Shown here: positions 19,288-28,268 of the stretch, one piece after another
How the letters are laid out: every line of letters starts with the position of its first letter
How positions within the stretch are numbered: position 1 is the stretch's first letter
Assembly: GCA_963717145.1 (NCBI GenBank)
Contig: OY970325.1
Span: forward strand, 3,648,001 to 3,712,000
DNA length: 64,000 bases
Reading direction: 5' to 3'
DNA from: an uncultured Armatimonadetes bacterium
GTDB taxonomy: Bacteria; Armatimonadota; UBA5829; DTJY01
Notes under the pieces: model-generated
Seen by the model: the letters and a program-made list of their open reading frames with translations, nothing else
Database searches by the model: none
What the model was told of the DNA's origin: nothing
Position numbers and translations under genes: made by a program

Positions 19288-22200
19288 CACCAATCGCAGT
19301 CCGCGATGACATGATCGTCCTCCCGACCGCCGGGATCGGGTTCGATAACCCGAACACGCTCTTCATGCAGACCGGCGGATTCGCTCAGGACTGTACCTAT
19401 CCCTGCAACTTCCACAACCACTTCCTCCGCGAGGAGCTGGTTGACAAGGAGTACCGCCGGATCACCTTCGAGAACGAGTTCCTGATCGTCGAGTTCCTCC
19501 CCGAACTCGGCGGGCGCATCTGGCGGCTCTACGACAAGCTACACGGCGAGGAGGTCGTCCACAAGAACGACTGCGTCAAGCCCTACCCCGGCGGGTTCGG
19601 CGGCGCGTACACCGCCGGTGGGATCGAGTTGAACTACCCGTTCGCGCACTCCATCACCAACACATGGCCCCGGAAGACCAAGGTCCAGCAGAATGAACTC
19701 GGTTGGGCGACATACACCGTCAGCGAGTGGGAGCGGGTAGGGCGCACCCAGTGGGCGATGTCGTTCACCCTCCGGCCCGGTGAGGCACGGCTCAAGCAGC
19801 GGGTCATGATCTACAACCGGAGCAAGACGCCGTCGAGCTTCTGCTACTGGGGCAATGCCGGAGTCCCCGTGAACGACGACACCAGGTGGCTCTATCGGGA
19901 GTGCATGGCGAGCGAGCACGGATACACGACCGTCTACACCTGGCCCGAGTTCAAGGGGATCGACATGTCCCGCTGGACCGGCAATCCCGAGGTCGTCGGC
20001 CTGTACTTCCTCGAGCCGGACTACGACTTCTTCGGCTACGTGGATACGAAGAAGAAGTCCGGGCTGGTACACTACGCCGACCGTCATGAGGTCCCGGGAA
20101 GAAGCTCTGGACCTGGGGCCGCAACTTCTCCGGTGAGGCGACGAGATGGCACCTGTGCGTCGAGCCCCAGGATTACGGCGAGGTGCAGAGCGGCCGGATC
20201 ATCAACCAGGAGCACTTCGAGTGGCTGATGCCCGAGGAGTACCTCTCCTGGGAGGAGCAGTGGTCGCCGATCCACGGCCTGACCGACGTCACTGAAGCGA
20301 CTGAGGACTGCGCGTTCCAGATCGATGGCCGGAAGCTCCGCTACTACCCGTTCAGGGAGATCACGAACCAGAAGCTGGAGTTCATTGTCGATGGGCAGGT
20401 CGTTGGTGAGATGCCGTTCTCCGCGCAAGCGTGCAGGCTCGGCGAGATCGATCTCCCCGAGGGCGCTGATGTTCATGTGATCAACAGCGAAAAGACGAGC
20501 GTCATATCGCTCAAGGGCCGGTGCGAGCGGAAGCCCATACCGGAGGTGCGCGAGGACCCGATCTTCGACGTGCGCTCCTCGATGGCCTACTGCGTGAACG
20601 CCGAGTTCAGCCACAAGCTCCTCCGGCGGGAGAAAGCGATGGAGCAGTATCGGCAGGCGATCGAACTCGACCGCTACAACTACAAGGCGTACCACGGCCT
20701 CGGGCTGATGCTCTACTCCCACGGCGACTTCGCGGGTGCCAGGGAGGACTTCGAGAAGGCGATCGAGTGCTACAAGTGGGACGCGGAGTCCTACCTGATG
20801 CTCTCGCACATATCCCATCTCGACGGCGACCTCGATGCGGCGATGGAATACGCCCACAGCGCTCTCTACTACGGCGAGAAGTGTGGCGGCAACCTTAAGC
20901 TCTGTGAGCTCTCCGTCGCCAGGGGGCAGTACGGCACGGCGATAGACTTTGGCTACGGTGCTTCCCTCGAGGGTTACGGGTCAGTCAGAAGTGATGGGTT
21001 GTTGGCCATCGCCGACAGCAGATGGCGTGAGGATCCGGCTGGGGCATGGGGTTGGTTCGAGAACCTCTGGCATTACGAACTCAAGGACTTGACGTGGTAC
21101 TCCGAGGCGTTCTTCTCCACACACATCGACGAGGCCGAACTCCATCGGGAGCTGTTCGACGACGAGTGGCGGTTCCTCGAACTGGCGCTGAACTACGTGG
21201 ACCTCGCTCTCTACGAGGAGGCCGTGAAGCTCTGCGACATCGGCAGCTCGATCCACAGGGACGGCTGGCAGCCGGAGAAGCTCTACAACCCCGACCGCAT
21301 CTCGGGCATCTTCCGCAAGAGGGAAACGCCGTTCTTCCACCTCCTGAAGGGCTGGATCGCGCTGCAGACGGGCGACGAGGAAGCCGCGAAGAGGCACTTC
21401 GCGGACGGCGACTACTTCGAGTATTTCGTGAACATCAACCAGCCCGAGATGGTGCGCGTCCTCGAGAAGGCGATCGAATACGGGAACGTCGCCGCGTGCC
21501 ACTACCTCGGCAACTTCATGTATCACAGCTACCGGCCCGACGAGGCGCTGAAGTACTGGCAGATGGCGGAAGGAAAGCTTGATTGCTCCGTCAACACGCG
21601 CAATCTCGCGGTCCACGCGCAGTTCATCGAGCACGACCTGGAGAAGGCCAGGACGCTGCTGAGGAAGGCGCTCGGGATGAACTCCGTCGATCTCTTCCTG
21701 CGCCAGGAGTTGGTCGGCGTCGAGCGCGCGTGCGGCGCGTCCCCGGAGGACATCCTGCGCATTTATCTCGACGCCCCTGAGGTGCAGCGGACGACTTTCC
21801 TGCAGTATCCGCTTCTGACCGCCTATATGGATGCGAACCGATGGGAGGAGGCCGCCGAGTTCATGCGCACGGTCGATCGGCGGCATTCCGACACCGACAG
21901 CGGCTGGTACGACTTCTGCATCGGATACGCCGAGTTCCTGGTCGATCAGGACGCGCCACAGGAGGCGCTCGAATGGATCGGGAAAAGCAGTCCGACGCCC
22001 GAGAACCTCTCGTGCGCCGCGTACCTGGAGGTCTTCTACCGCCGCCACCGAGAGTTCCACATCGCCGGCCTGGCATACCGGATGCTCGGCGACGAATCTA
22101 AGGCGGCGGAGAGCTTTCGGAAGTCGACCGAGCAGCCGGCGACTCTCTACTACTTCAAGCCGTGGGAGGACATGATCACCTCCTGGCGGTTCTGGGTGGC

Positions 22201-22385
22201 GCTCTCGATGGCCGAGCTTGGCATGGACGCCGCTGGCCGAGGGGATGCTCTGCGGCATCAACAAGTATCGTGAGTCCGCCGCGCTCATCCAACTGAAGCT
22301 CGAACGCTCCGAGTTCAAGCGCTGGGCCGAGAAGGATCCGGACGCGGTCGTCACGGTCACCGAGCAAACGGGTCCGGAGATATAG
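19284..22385 (+). CDS. DUF5107 domain + TPR protein, frameshifted near 20100 and 22235
   Basis: FENEFL..LPELGGRI, GGIELNYP; the PG/KKLWTWG motif is split by a 1-nt deletion; EVQSG; TPR-like helices; last frame ends at TAG 22385. Confidence 0.8.
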
Positions 22386-22395
22386 CCGTTTACGT

Positions 22396-22430
22396 GTCCC
22401 ATCGGTCCCATATGTCCCATCCGTCCCATT
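22396..22430. repeat. 9-mer tandem repeat GTCCCATnn
   Basis: Four units; related arrays at about 23471-23503 (reverse orientation) and 59106-59139. Confidence 0.7.
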
Positions 22431-22444
22431 CCGAAGGAAAACAC

Positions 22445-23473
22445 ATGTACAACGGAGTCATCGACGATTTCAGGACGGCGATCGCCCTGGGGACGCCCTC
22501 GCGCGTACCGGTAGTCGCCTGTGGCGAGGAGTTCGACGTCCACATCTGCGGCGGCGGGGTCACCTATAACGAGTACAACCGCGACCCGAAGATCATGGCC
22601 GCAACTCAGATCGCCGCTGTCGAGCGGTTCGGCTACGACTGGGCGTGGCTGCAGGTCGACGACTGCATCATGTTCGAGGTGCTCGGCGTCGGCGTCAAGG
22701 GCGAGGGCGACATTCTCCCCGCGACCTACGGCTACCTCCCCGCGACCCGTGAGACGCTCAATTCGCTGCCGACCCCCGATCCCGCCAAAGACGGCCGGAT
22801 GCCGGTGCTTTTGGAGGCGATCAAGCGCGTGAAGGACCACTTCGGCGACGAGGTGCTCGTCTGCGGCCGAACCGAGGCGCCGTTCTCGTCGGTCGCGCTC
22901 CTCTACGGCATCGAAGAGACGATGCTCCTGCCACTCCTTGACCCCGATCTGATGCGGGACACGCTCGATTTCTTCGTCGAGGCGCAGACCGCGTTCGGCC
23001 TGGCGCAAAGGGAAGCCGGCGCCGACGCCGTCTGGTTCGGCGACTGCAATGCATCGGGCCACCTGATGAGCGCTCAGTACTACGAGGATTTCGCGCTGCC
23101 CGGCGTCACTACGATGGCCAAGGAGTACGACAAGGCCGGACTCTGGAGCATCTACCATGCGAGCGAGGAGAAGGAAGGCCACCTCAAGCTGCAGGCGACT
23201 TCGGGAGTCAGCATCCTCAGCGTCGGCCCGGGACTCGACATGGCGAGGGCCAAGGAACTCGTCGGCGACAGGGTCTGTCTGATCGGCAACCTCGACCCGG
23301 TGAACGTGTTAATGAACGGCACACCGGAGCAGGTCGCGTCCGAGGCCGAGCGCATCATGACCGTAGGCAAGCGCGGCGGCGGATACATCTTCAATACCGG
23401 CGAGATGGTCCCCCGCGACACGCCGATCGAGAACATGGAGGCCATGCTTTCCGCCGCTCGGTCGGCCCGATAG
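22445..23473 (+). CDS. Uroporphyrinogen decarboxylase / MtaA-CmuA methyltransferase family protein
   Basis: DPAKDGRMPVLLEA, APFS, GNLDPV.L..GTPE, GYIFNTG...P.DTP.EN. Confidence 0.85.
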   Translation: MYNGVIDDFRTAIALGTPSRVPVVACGEEFDVHICGGGVTYNEYNRDPKIMAATQIAAVERFGYDWAWLQVDDCIMFEVLGVGVKGEGDILPATYGYLPATRETLNSLPTPDPAKDGRMPVLLEAIKRVKDHFGDEVLVCGRTEAPFSSVALLYGIEETMLLPLLDPDLMRDTLDFFVEAQTAFGLAQREAGADAVWFGDCNASGHLMSAQYYEDFALPGVTTMAKEYDKAGLWSIYHASEEKEGHLKLQATSGVSILSVGPGLDMARAKELVGDRVCLIGNLDPVNVLMNGTPEQVASEAERIMTVGKRGGGYIFNTGEMVPRDTPIENMEAMLSAARSAR

Positions 23474-23518
23474 GACGGATGTGACCGATAGGACTGATAG
23501 GACACAGAAAGGCTTAGC

Positions 23519-25312
23519 ATGAGAATACTTACTATCTGCATCATGATCTTCATCCTGGCGGGGGCATGCCTCGCACAGACGCCCGGCGCGCTCAATGTGC
23601 GGGACTTCGGCGCTAAGGGTGACGGAGTCACCGACGACACATCAGCCTTCCAGAAGGCGCTCGACCAATGTGCCAAGCAGGACGGCGGGATCGTCGAGGT
23701 CCCGGCCGGTCAGTACATGATCAAGACGCACCTCGCCATCCCGGAGGCAGTCACCCTTGAAGGCACGTGGCGCGCTCCTGCGAGTGTCAACGGCTACCAC
23801 AAAGTCCCGGGCAAGCCGGAATCCGGTCCGCTGCTCAAGGGGAGCGTCCTGCTCGCGGTCGAGGGAGCGGGCAGCGAAACCGGCACGCCGTTCATCACTC
23901 TCGACCGCACCTCGACATTGAAGGGCGTCACCGTCTTCTATCCCGAGCAGACGAAGACCAATCCGCCGAAGGCCTACCCATGGTGCGTGGCGACCGTCGG
24001 CGCGGACAACTGCTCGATCATCGACTGCCTGCTCGTCAACCCCTACCAGGCCGTCGACTTCGGCAGCCGCGTGTCGGGCCGACACTATATCAGCAACCTC
24101 TACGCTCAGCCGCTCCGTCGAGGCGTGTGGATCGACTACTGCATCGACATCGGCCGGATCGAGAACGTCCACCTCTGGCCGTTCTGGACCGCCGGCGACC
24201 CCGACAGCCCGGTCGGCAAGTTCTCGATGGAGCAAGGGGAGGCGTTCATCTTCGGCCGGAGCGACTGGCAGTACGTCACCAACTGCTTCTGTATCAGCTA
24301 CAAGGTCGGCATGAAGTTCATCCGCGGCAGTGGGACGGGACCCTACGAAGGCGCGGGCAACTACCTGCTCACTCAGAGCGGCGCGGACAACTGCGATATC
24401 GCCGTTCTCGTCGAGGAGACCCAGGGCCACAGCGGGGTCAGCTTCTCGAACTCGCAACTCTTCGGCGACATCATCGTCAAGGACACGAACAACGGCATGG
24501 TCCGCTTCACCGGCTGCGGACTCTTCGGAAGCACCATGTCGAAGAACAACGTCGGGGTCGCCGACATCTCCGGGCGCGGGCGCATCTCCTTCGACAACTG
24601 CCACTTCTACTGCATCGACCGGCGCATCAAAGCCGATGACATGATCCGCGTGCGTCAGGGTCGCGTGAACATCAGCAACTGCGTGTTCCTCAACATGTAT
24701 GATGCGCCGTTCAACGAGAAGCCGATCGTCCTCGATCCAGCGGTCCGTGCGGCGGTCATCACCGGCAATGAGTTCTACGGTCCCGGCACGATCGTCAACA
24801 ACGCGGTCGGCGAGGTCGTCATCAGGGACAACATCGCCGAGACGGACACCAAGCCGTTCCCCAGGTGGAAGCCCGTTCGTCCGAAGGAGGAGGCAGGCTC
24901 GATCGTGCTCGACGATGCCGACCCCGGCGTGTCCTTCACGGGCGAATGGACGCTCGTGGAGAACACGTTCGATCTGAATATCGGCTACAATAAGGGCACT
25001 CGCTGGGCATGGAAGGGCGACGGAAGCGCGAGAGCGACCTTCACGCCGAACCTCCCGAAGGCCGGGACGTATACACTATATGCATACTTCGGCTTCGATC
25101 CGGCGGGCGATCATGCGACGAACGCGCCGATCGAGATCAAGTCGACGGACGGTATGAAGAAGACGACCGTGAATCTGCGAACCGCCAAGGGCGAATGGAT
25201 CGAGATCGGCACATATCGCTTCGACAAGGGCCGAAGCGGCACTATCACACTCACCAACGACGCGGACGGCAACGTCCTCGCCGATGCGGTGAAGCTAGTA
25301 CCGGCCAACTAG
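23519..25312 (+). CDS. Pectate_lyase_3/GH28-related beta-helix protein with C-terminal golvesin/Xly-type binding domain
   Basis: Signal peptide; NVRDFGAKGDGVTDDT; C-terminal ATFTPNLP.AG.Y...ADAVK. Confidence 0.85.
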   Translation: MRILTICIMIFILAGACLAQTPGALNVRDFGAKGDGVTDDTSAFQKALDQCAKQDGGIVEVPAGQYMIKTHLAIPEAVTLEGTWRAPASVNGYHKVPGKPESGPLLKGSVLLAVEGAGSETGTPFITLDRTSTLKGVTVFYPEQTKTNPPKAYPWCVATVGADNCSIIDCLLVNPYQAVDFGSRVSGRHYISNLYAQPLRRGVWIDYCIDIGRIENVHLWPFWTAGDPDSPVGKFSMEQGEAFIFGRSDWQYVTNCFCISYKVGMKFIRGSGTGPYEGAGNYLLTQSGADNCDIAVLVEETQGHSGVSFSNSQLFGDIIVKDTNNGMVRFTGCGLFGSTMSKNNVGVADISGRGRISFDNCHFYCIDRRIKADDMIRVRQGRVNISNCVFLNMYDAPFNEKPIVLDPAVRAAVITGNEFYGPGTIVNNAVGEVVIRDNIAETDTKPFPRWKPVRPKEEAGSIVLDDADPGVSFTGEWTLVENTFDLNIGYNKGTRWAWKGDGSARATFTPNLPKAGTYTLYAYFGFDPAGDHATNAPIEIKSTDGMKKTTVNLRTAKGEWIEIGTYRFDKGRSGTITLTNDADGNVLADAVKLVPAN

Positions 25313-25327
25313 GAATGGGAGCTGACC

Positions 25328-25567
25328 ATGACCTGCAGAGATGAGATCCTCGCCGCCATCAGCCATCTGGTGAGCAACACTGGGCATAGGACATTCAGCG
25401 TAGCGGACATCGTGAGGCATATGCATGCGGAGAACACCAGATACGAGGAATCGACCATTCGCACGCATATCTCCTCGCGGATGTGTGCCAATACTCCTGA
25501 TCATCATGCGAGGACGTACCCGGATCTGCGCAGAATCGGACCAGGGCTCTATGAGTTGAATGACTAG
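25328..25567 (+). CDS. Small winged-helix-like hypothetical protein
   Basis: 79 aa, GGGAG RBS; STIRTHISSRMC and R.G.GLY.L wing-like motif. Confidence 0.7.
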   Translation: MTCRDEILAAISHLVSNTGHRTFSVADIVRHMHAENTRYEESTIRTHISSRMCANTPDHHARTYPDLRRIGPGLYELND

Positions 25568-25582
25568 TCCAAAGGAGAAACA

Positions 25583-27478
25583 ATGACCATCAAGATTGCA
25601 CTGATACTCGCGCTGATACCGATCCTCGCATCGGCGGCGGAGAACCTGCCGATCATCAGCGGGAACTTCAGCGTGGGATGGATCCAACACTCGCCGGTCG
25701 GAGCGTTCCCCGACCCGAGCTTCAGAGAGCCGGTCCCGGACGCAGCCAACTGGGCGGCACAGCATGCCTCGGGCCTGAAGGCCTACGAGGACTACGTCGC
25801 ATGGGGCGCGGTCGAGACCGAGCCCGGCAAGTGGGACTGGAGTCGGCAGATCGAGGTCGCGACGAACCAGCGCGCGGGCGGCCTGGAGTACGACGCCTAC
25901 CTCTGGCTGATGAACCCGCCCTTGTGGATGCGCGAGGGGAAGCTCCCCGCGAACGACCCCGATGCGCCCGATCATTTCACCATGATGCGCTGCCTCGAGC
26001 ACGGCGAGGAGACGTACACCCTCTCGATCTGGGATCCGGCGACCGCGAAGTGGTTCGGCCGCTACTACAAGCACATGGCTCAGGCGCTCGGCGAGAAGCT
26101 CGGGCGGACATACATCGGCCTCCCCGGCCCATACGGCGAGGGGAACTACCCGCTCCCAGTGCCCGACTGGGTGAAGGTCGGCCATATCCACGAGGGCTAC
26201 TGGTGCGGCGATACGTATGCCCGCAAGGCGTTCAGCGCCGCATTCCGCAAGCAGTACAAGTCGCTCCCGGCGCTCAACCAGGCTTGGGGGACGCATTTCG
26301 TCCGGTGGAGCGAGGTCGATTTCCCACCCGAGATACATGACGGCAAGCTCCTCAAGGCCGAGGAACGAACCGACGTGAAAGCCCGCCGCCGATGGATCGA
26401 TTTCATGAAGTGGTATCACCAGTCGATCATCGACTTCTCGGTCGATGTGACCAACGAGGCCAAGCGCTACATCCCGATCGACAAGCTGAAGATGAAGCCC
26501 GGCGGATCGGCCGGCGGCGTCAATCCGATCGCCTGGGGCACGTACTGTCCCGGGTATGCCAAGGCGGTTTCGAAGTGGAAGATGCGCCTTCAGCCCGCCA
26601 ACTGCCACGGACGCCCGTTCGGCGACCGATGGTACGGCACGGCATACCGGTTCTACGGCATCCCGTTCACCACCGAGCCCGCGGGCGGCATGGACAAGCG
26701 GACCTTCGTGCGCCGGGTCTTCATGGATGCGTCGAACGGCACGTCCGAGATGTTCAGCTACGAGTGGGACAAGCACAAGGAGGACGGCCTGAAGTGGATC
26801 CACCTCTACCGGGGCGTGCCGTCGATCACCGATGTGGCGGTCTACTGCCCGACGACCTGGTATCGCATGAACGGCGATATCTGGCCGGTGATTCATGCGG
26901 CTGATTCGCTCCGGGACATCACCGACTTCGAGGTGGCGGACGAGTTGCTGATCGAGGACGACTATCTCAGCAAGAGCAAGACCCGCGTCCTGATCTGGCT
27001 CGGCGGCCCGGTGACGGAGCGGGTGGTGCTGGAGAAAGTCCTCAAGTGGGTCGAGGCCGGCGGCATCCTTGTCTGGGGATCTGCGGACAGGCCCACCGAT
27101 GTCGAAGGCCGGACCGATATCAGCAGCAAGCTGTCTCCTATCATGGGCAACGACGAGTGGGGCTCTCCGATGAGGGGCAGAGTGGGTCGCGGACTCATCG
27201 TAGCAAGGATTGAGTTGCCTGACGTCAAAGACACGCTTGCCGACACGGTGCGCTGGGCCGTATACCATCCTGACCCGTCGTTCACAGGCGCTCCCGAGTT
27301 CGACAGCCTGGCGGACAATGTCTGGACCGCCGTCTTCCCGGACATGATCCTGCTCTACAACAACGGAGACAAGCCCGCCAACGTCGAGCGCACATGGGGT
27401 GGCCAGACCTACAAGACCCACATCGAACCGGGCGAACTGGTGGAGGTGAGACTGCCGTCCGGCGAGATCAAACGTTGA
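25583..27478 (+). CDS. Secreted beta-galactosidase-like (GH42/GH14-related) glycoside hydrolase
   Basis: Signal peptide; W.AVETEPGKWDWS, YKSL.ALNQAWGT, DVAVYCP. Confidence 0.75.
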   Translation: MTIKIALILALIPILASAAENLPIISGNFSVGWIQHSPVGAFPDPSFREPVPDAANWAAQHASGLKAYEDYVAWGAVETEPGKWDWSRQIEVATNQRAGGLEYDAYLWLMNPPLWMREGKLPANDPDAPDHFTMMRCLEHGEETYTLSIWDPATAKWFGRYYKHMAQALGEKLGRTYIGLPGPYGEGNYPLPVPDWVKVGHIHEGYWCGDTYARKAFSAAFRKQYKSLPALNQAWGTHFVRWSEVDFPPEIHDGKLLKAEERTDVKARRRWIDFMKWYHQSIIDFSVDVTNEAKRYIPIDKLKMKPGGSAGGVNPIAWGTYCPGYAKAVSKWKMRLQPANCHGRPFGDRWYGTAYRFYGIPFTTEPAGGMDKRTFVRRVFMDASNGTSEMFSYEWDKHKEDGLKWIHLYRGVPSITDVAVYCPTTWYRMNGDIWPVIHAADSLRDITDFEVADELLIEDDYLSKSKTRVLIWLGGPVTERVVLEKVLKWVEAGGILVWGSADRPTDVEGRTDISSKLSPIMGNDEWGSPMRGRVGRGLIVARIELPDVKDTLADTVRWAVYHPDPSFTGAPEFDSLADNVWTAVFPDMILLYNNGDKPANVERTWGGQTYKTHIEPGELVEVRLPSGEIKR

Positions 27479-27513
27479 CAAATTACATCACCGTGGTATA
27501 ATCGTGATGTAAT
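27475..27513 (+). promoter_or_regulatory. Sigma70 promoter (TTGACA-N16-TATAAT, extended -10) with operator inverted repeat ATTACATCAC/GTGATGTAAT
   Basis: Consensus hexamers; the 10-bp inverted repeat at 27482-27491 and 27504-27513 straddles the -10. Confidence 0.85.
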
Positions 27514-27522
27514 GGAAGGAGG

Positions 27523-27807
27523 ATGAGTGACTTGGCCACAACGAAGAGAAGACCAAAGATGGGTCGGACACAGGTAAGTCTAGCGCCAAAGCACCAAGAG
27601 ATCGCTCGCCGATTTGCGGAAGAACAACAAGTCAGCGTATCCCAGGTAGTACGAGAAGCCCTCGAGTATATTGATGAGCAGCGTAAAGCCGATCGTCTTG
27701 AGGGTCTGAAGAGCATGCAAAGCATATTCGGCATCGTCAAGGGAGCCGATCCCAACGCTTCGCTTGATCACGATCGTATACTATACGAGCGCGGGGATGA
27801 GCAGTGA
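27523..27807 (+). CDS. vapB: Ribbon-helix-helix (CopG-like) antitoxin
   Basis: RTQVSL...VSVSQVVREAL; ASLDHDRILY C-terminus; GTGA overlap with the PIN gene. Confidence 0.8.
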   Translation: MSDLATTKRRPKMGRTQVSLAPKHQEIARRFAEEQQVSVSQVVREALEYIDEQRKADRLEGLKSMQSIFGIVKGADPNASLDHDRILYERGDEQ

Positions 27808-28268
27808 CACACGTGTTCGTGGATGCCGGTGTGTTCATCGCACTTCTGTCCGAACGTGACCGTTACCATGACAGAGCGGGGGTAAGATACGCTGAACTTA
27901 ATGCAGGCGATTTCCGCATGGTTACGACCAACCTTGTCGTGGCAGAAACCGCAAACTGGCTCATGCGGGAGAAATCGGCCGGCCATCGCGCAACCGTCCA
28001 GTTCGGGAATTTCACGCGGAACTGGGCGCGCGTCACGGTCGATGAGCTTGGTCGTGTTACGGTGCCCACGAAGCGACTGATTCTTCATAGCACCCCTGAC
28101 ATCGAGAAAGCCGCATGGGATATCCTGGAACGGTATGACACTGCGGGCTTCAGCTTCACCGACTGCGTGAGTTTCGCTGTGATGCAAGCTCTCAGCATCA
28201 CCAAGGCATTCACCTTCGATTCACACTTCGACGTTCTTGGGTTCGAGCGCCTGCAACCCGACACATGA
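27804..28268 (+). CDS. vapC: PIN-domain toxin
   Basis: VFVDAG, VVAET, SFTDCVSF, AFTFDSHF. Confidence 0.92.
   Translation: MTHVFVDAGVFIALLSERDRYHDRAGVRYAELNAGDFRMVTTNLVVAETANWLMREKSAGHRATVQFGNFTRNWARVTVDELGRVTVPTKRLILHSTPDIEKAAWDILERYDTAGFSFTDCVSFAVMQALSITKAFTFDSHFDVLGFERLQPDT

Noticed and set aside
20090-20110. Programmed frameshift in the DUF5107 gene
   Set aside because: No canonical slippery heptamer; indels are frequent across this assembly.
22396-23503. 9-mer arrays in opposite orientation flanking the UroD-family gene as mobile-element ends or CRISPR
   Set aside because: Units are short, degenerate and lack spacers; a similar array occurs alone at about 59106.
25308-25567. ACTAG on both sides of the small wHTH gene as a target-site duplication
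   Set aside because: Both copies coincide with TAG stop codons; 5 bp is within chance.
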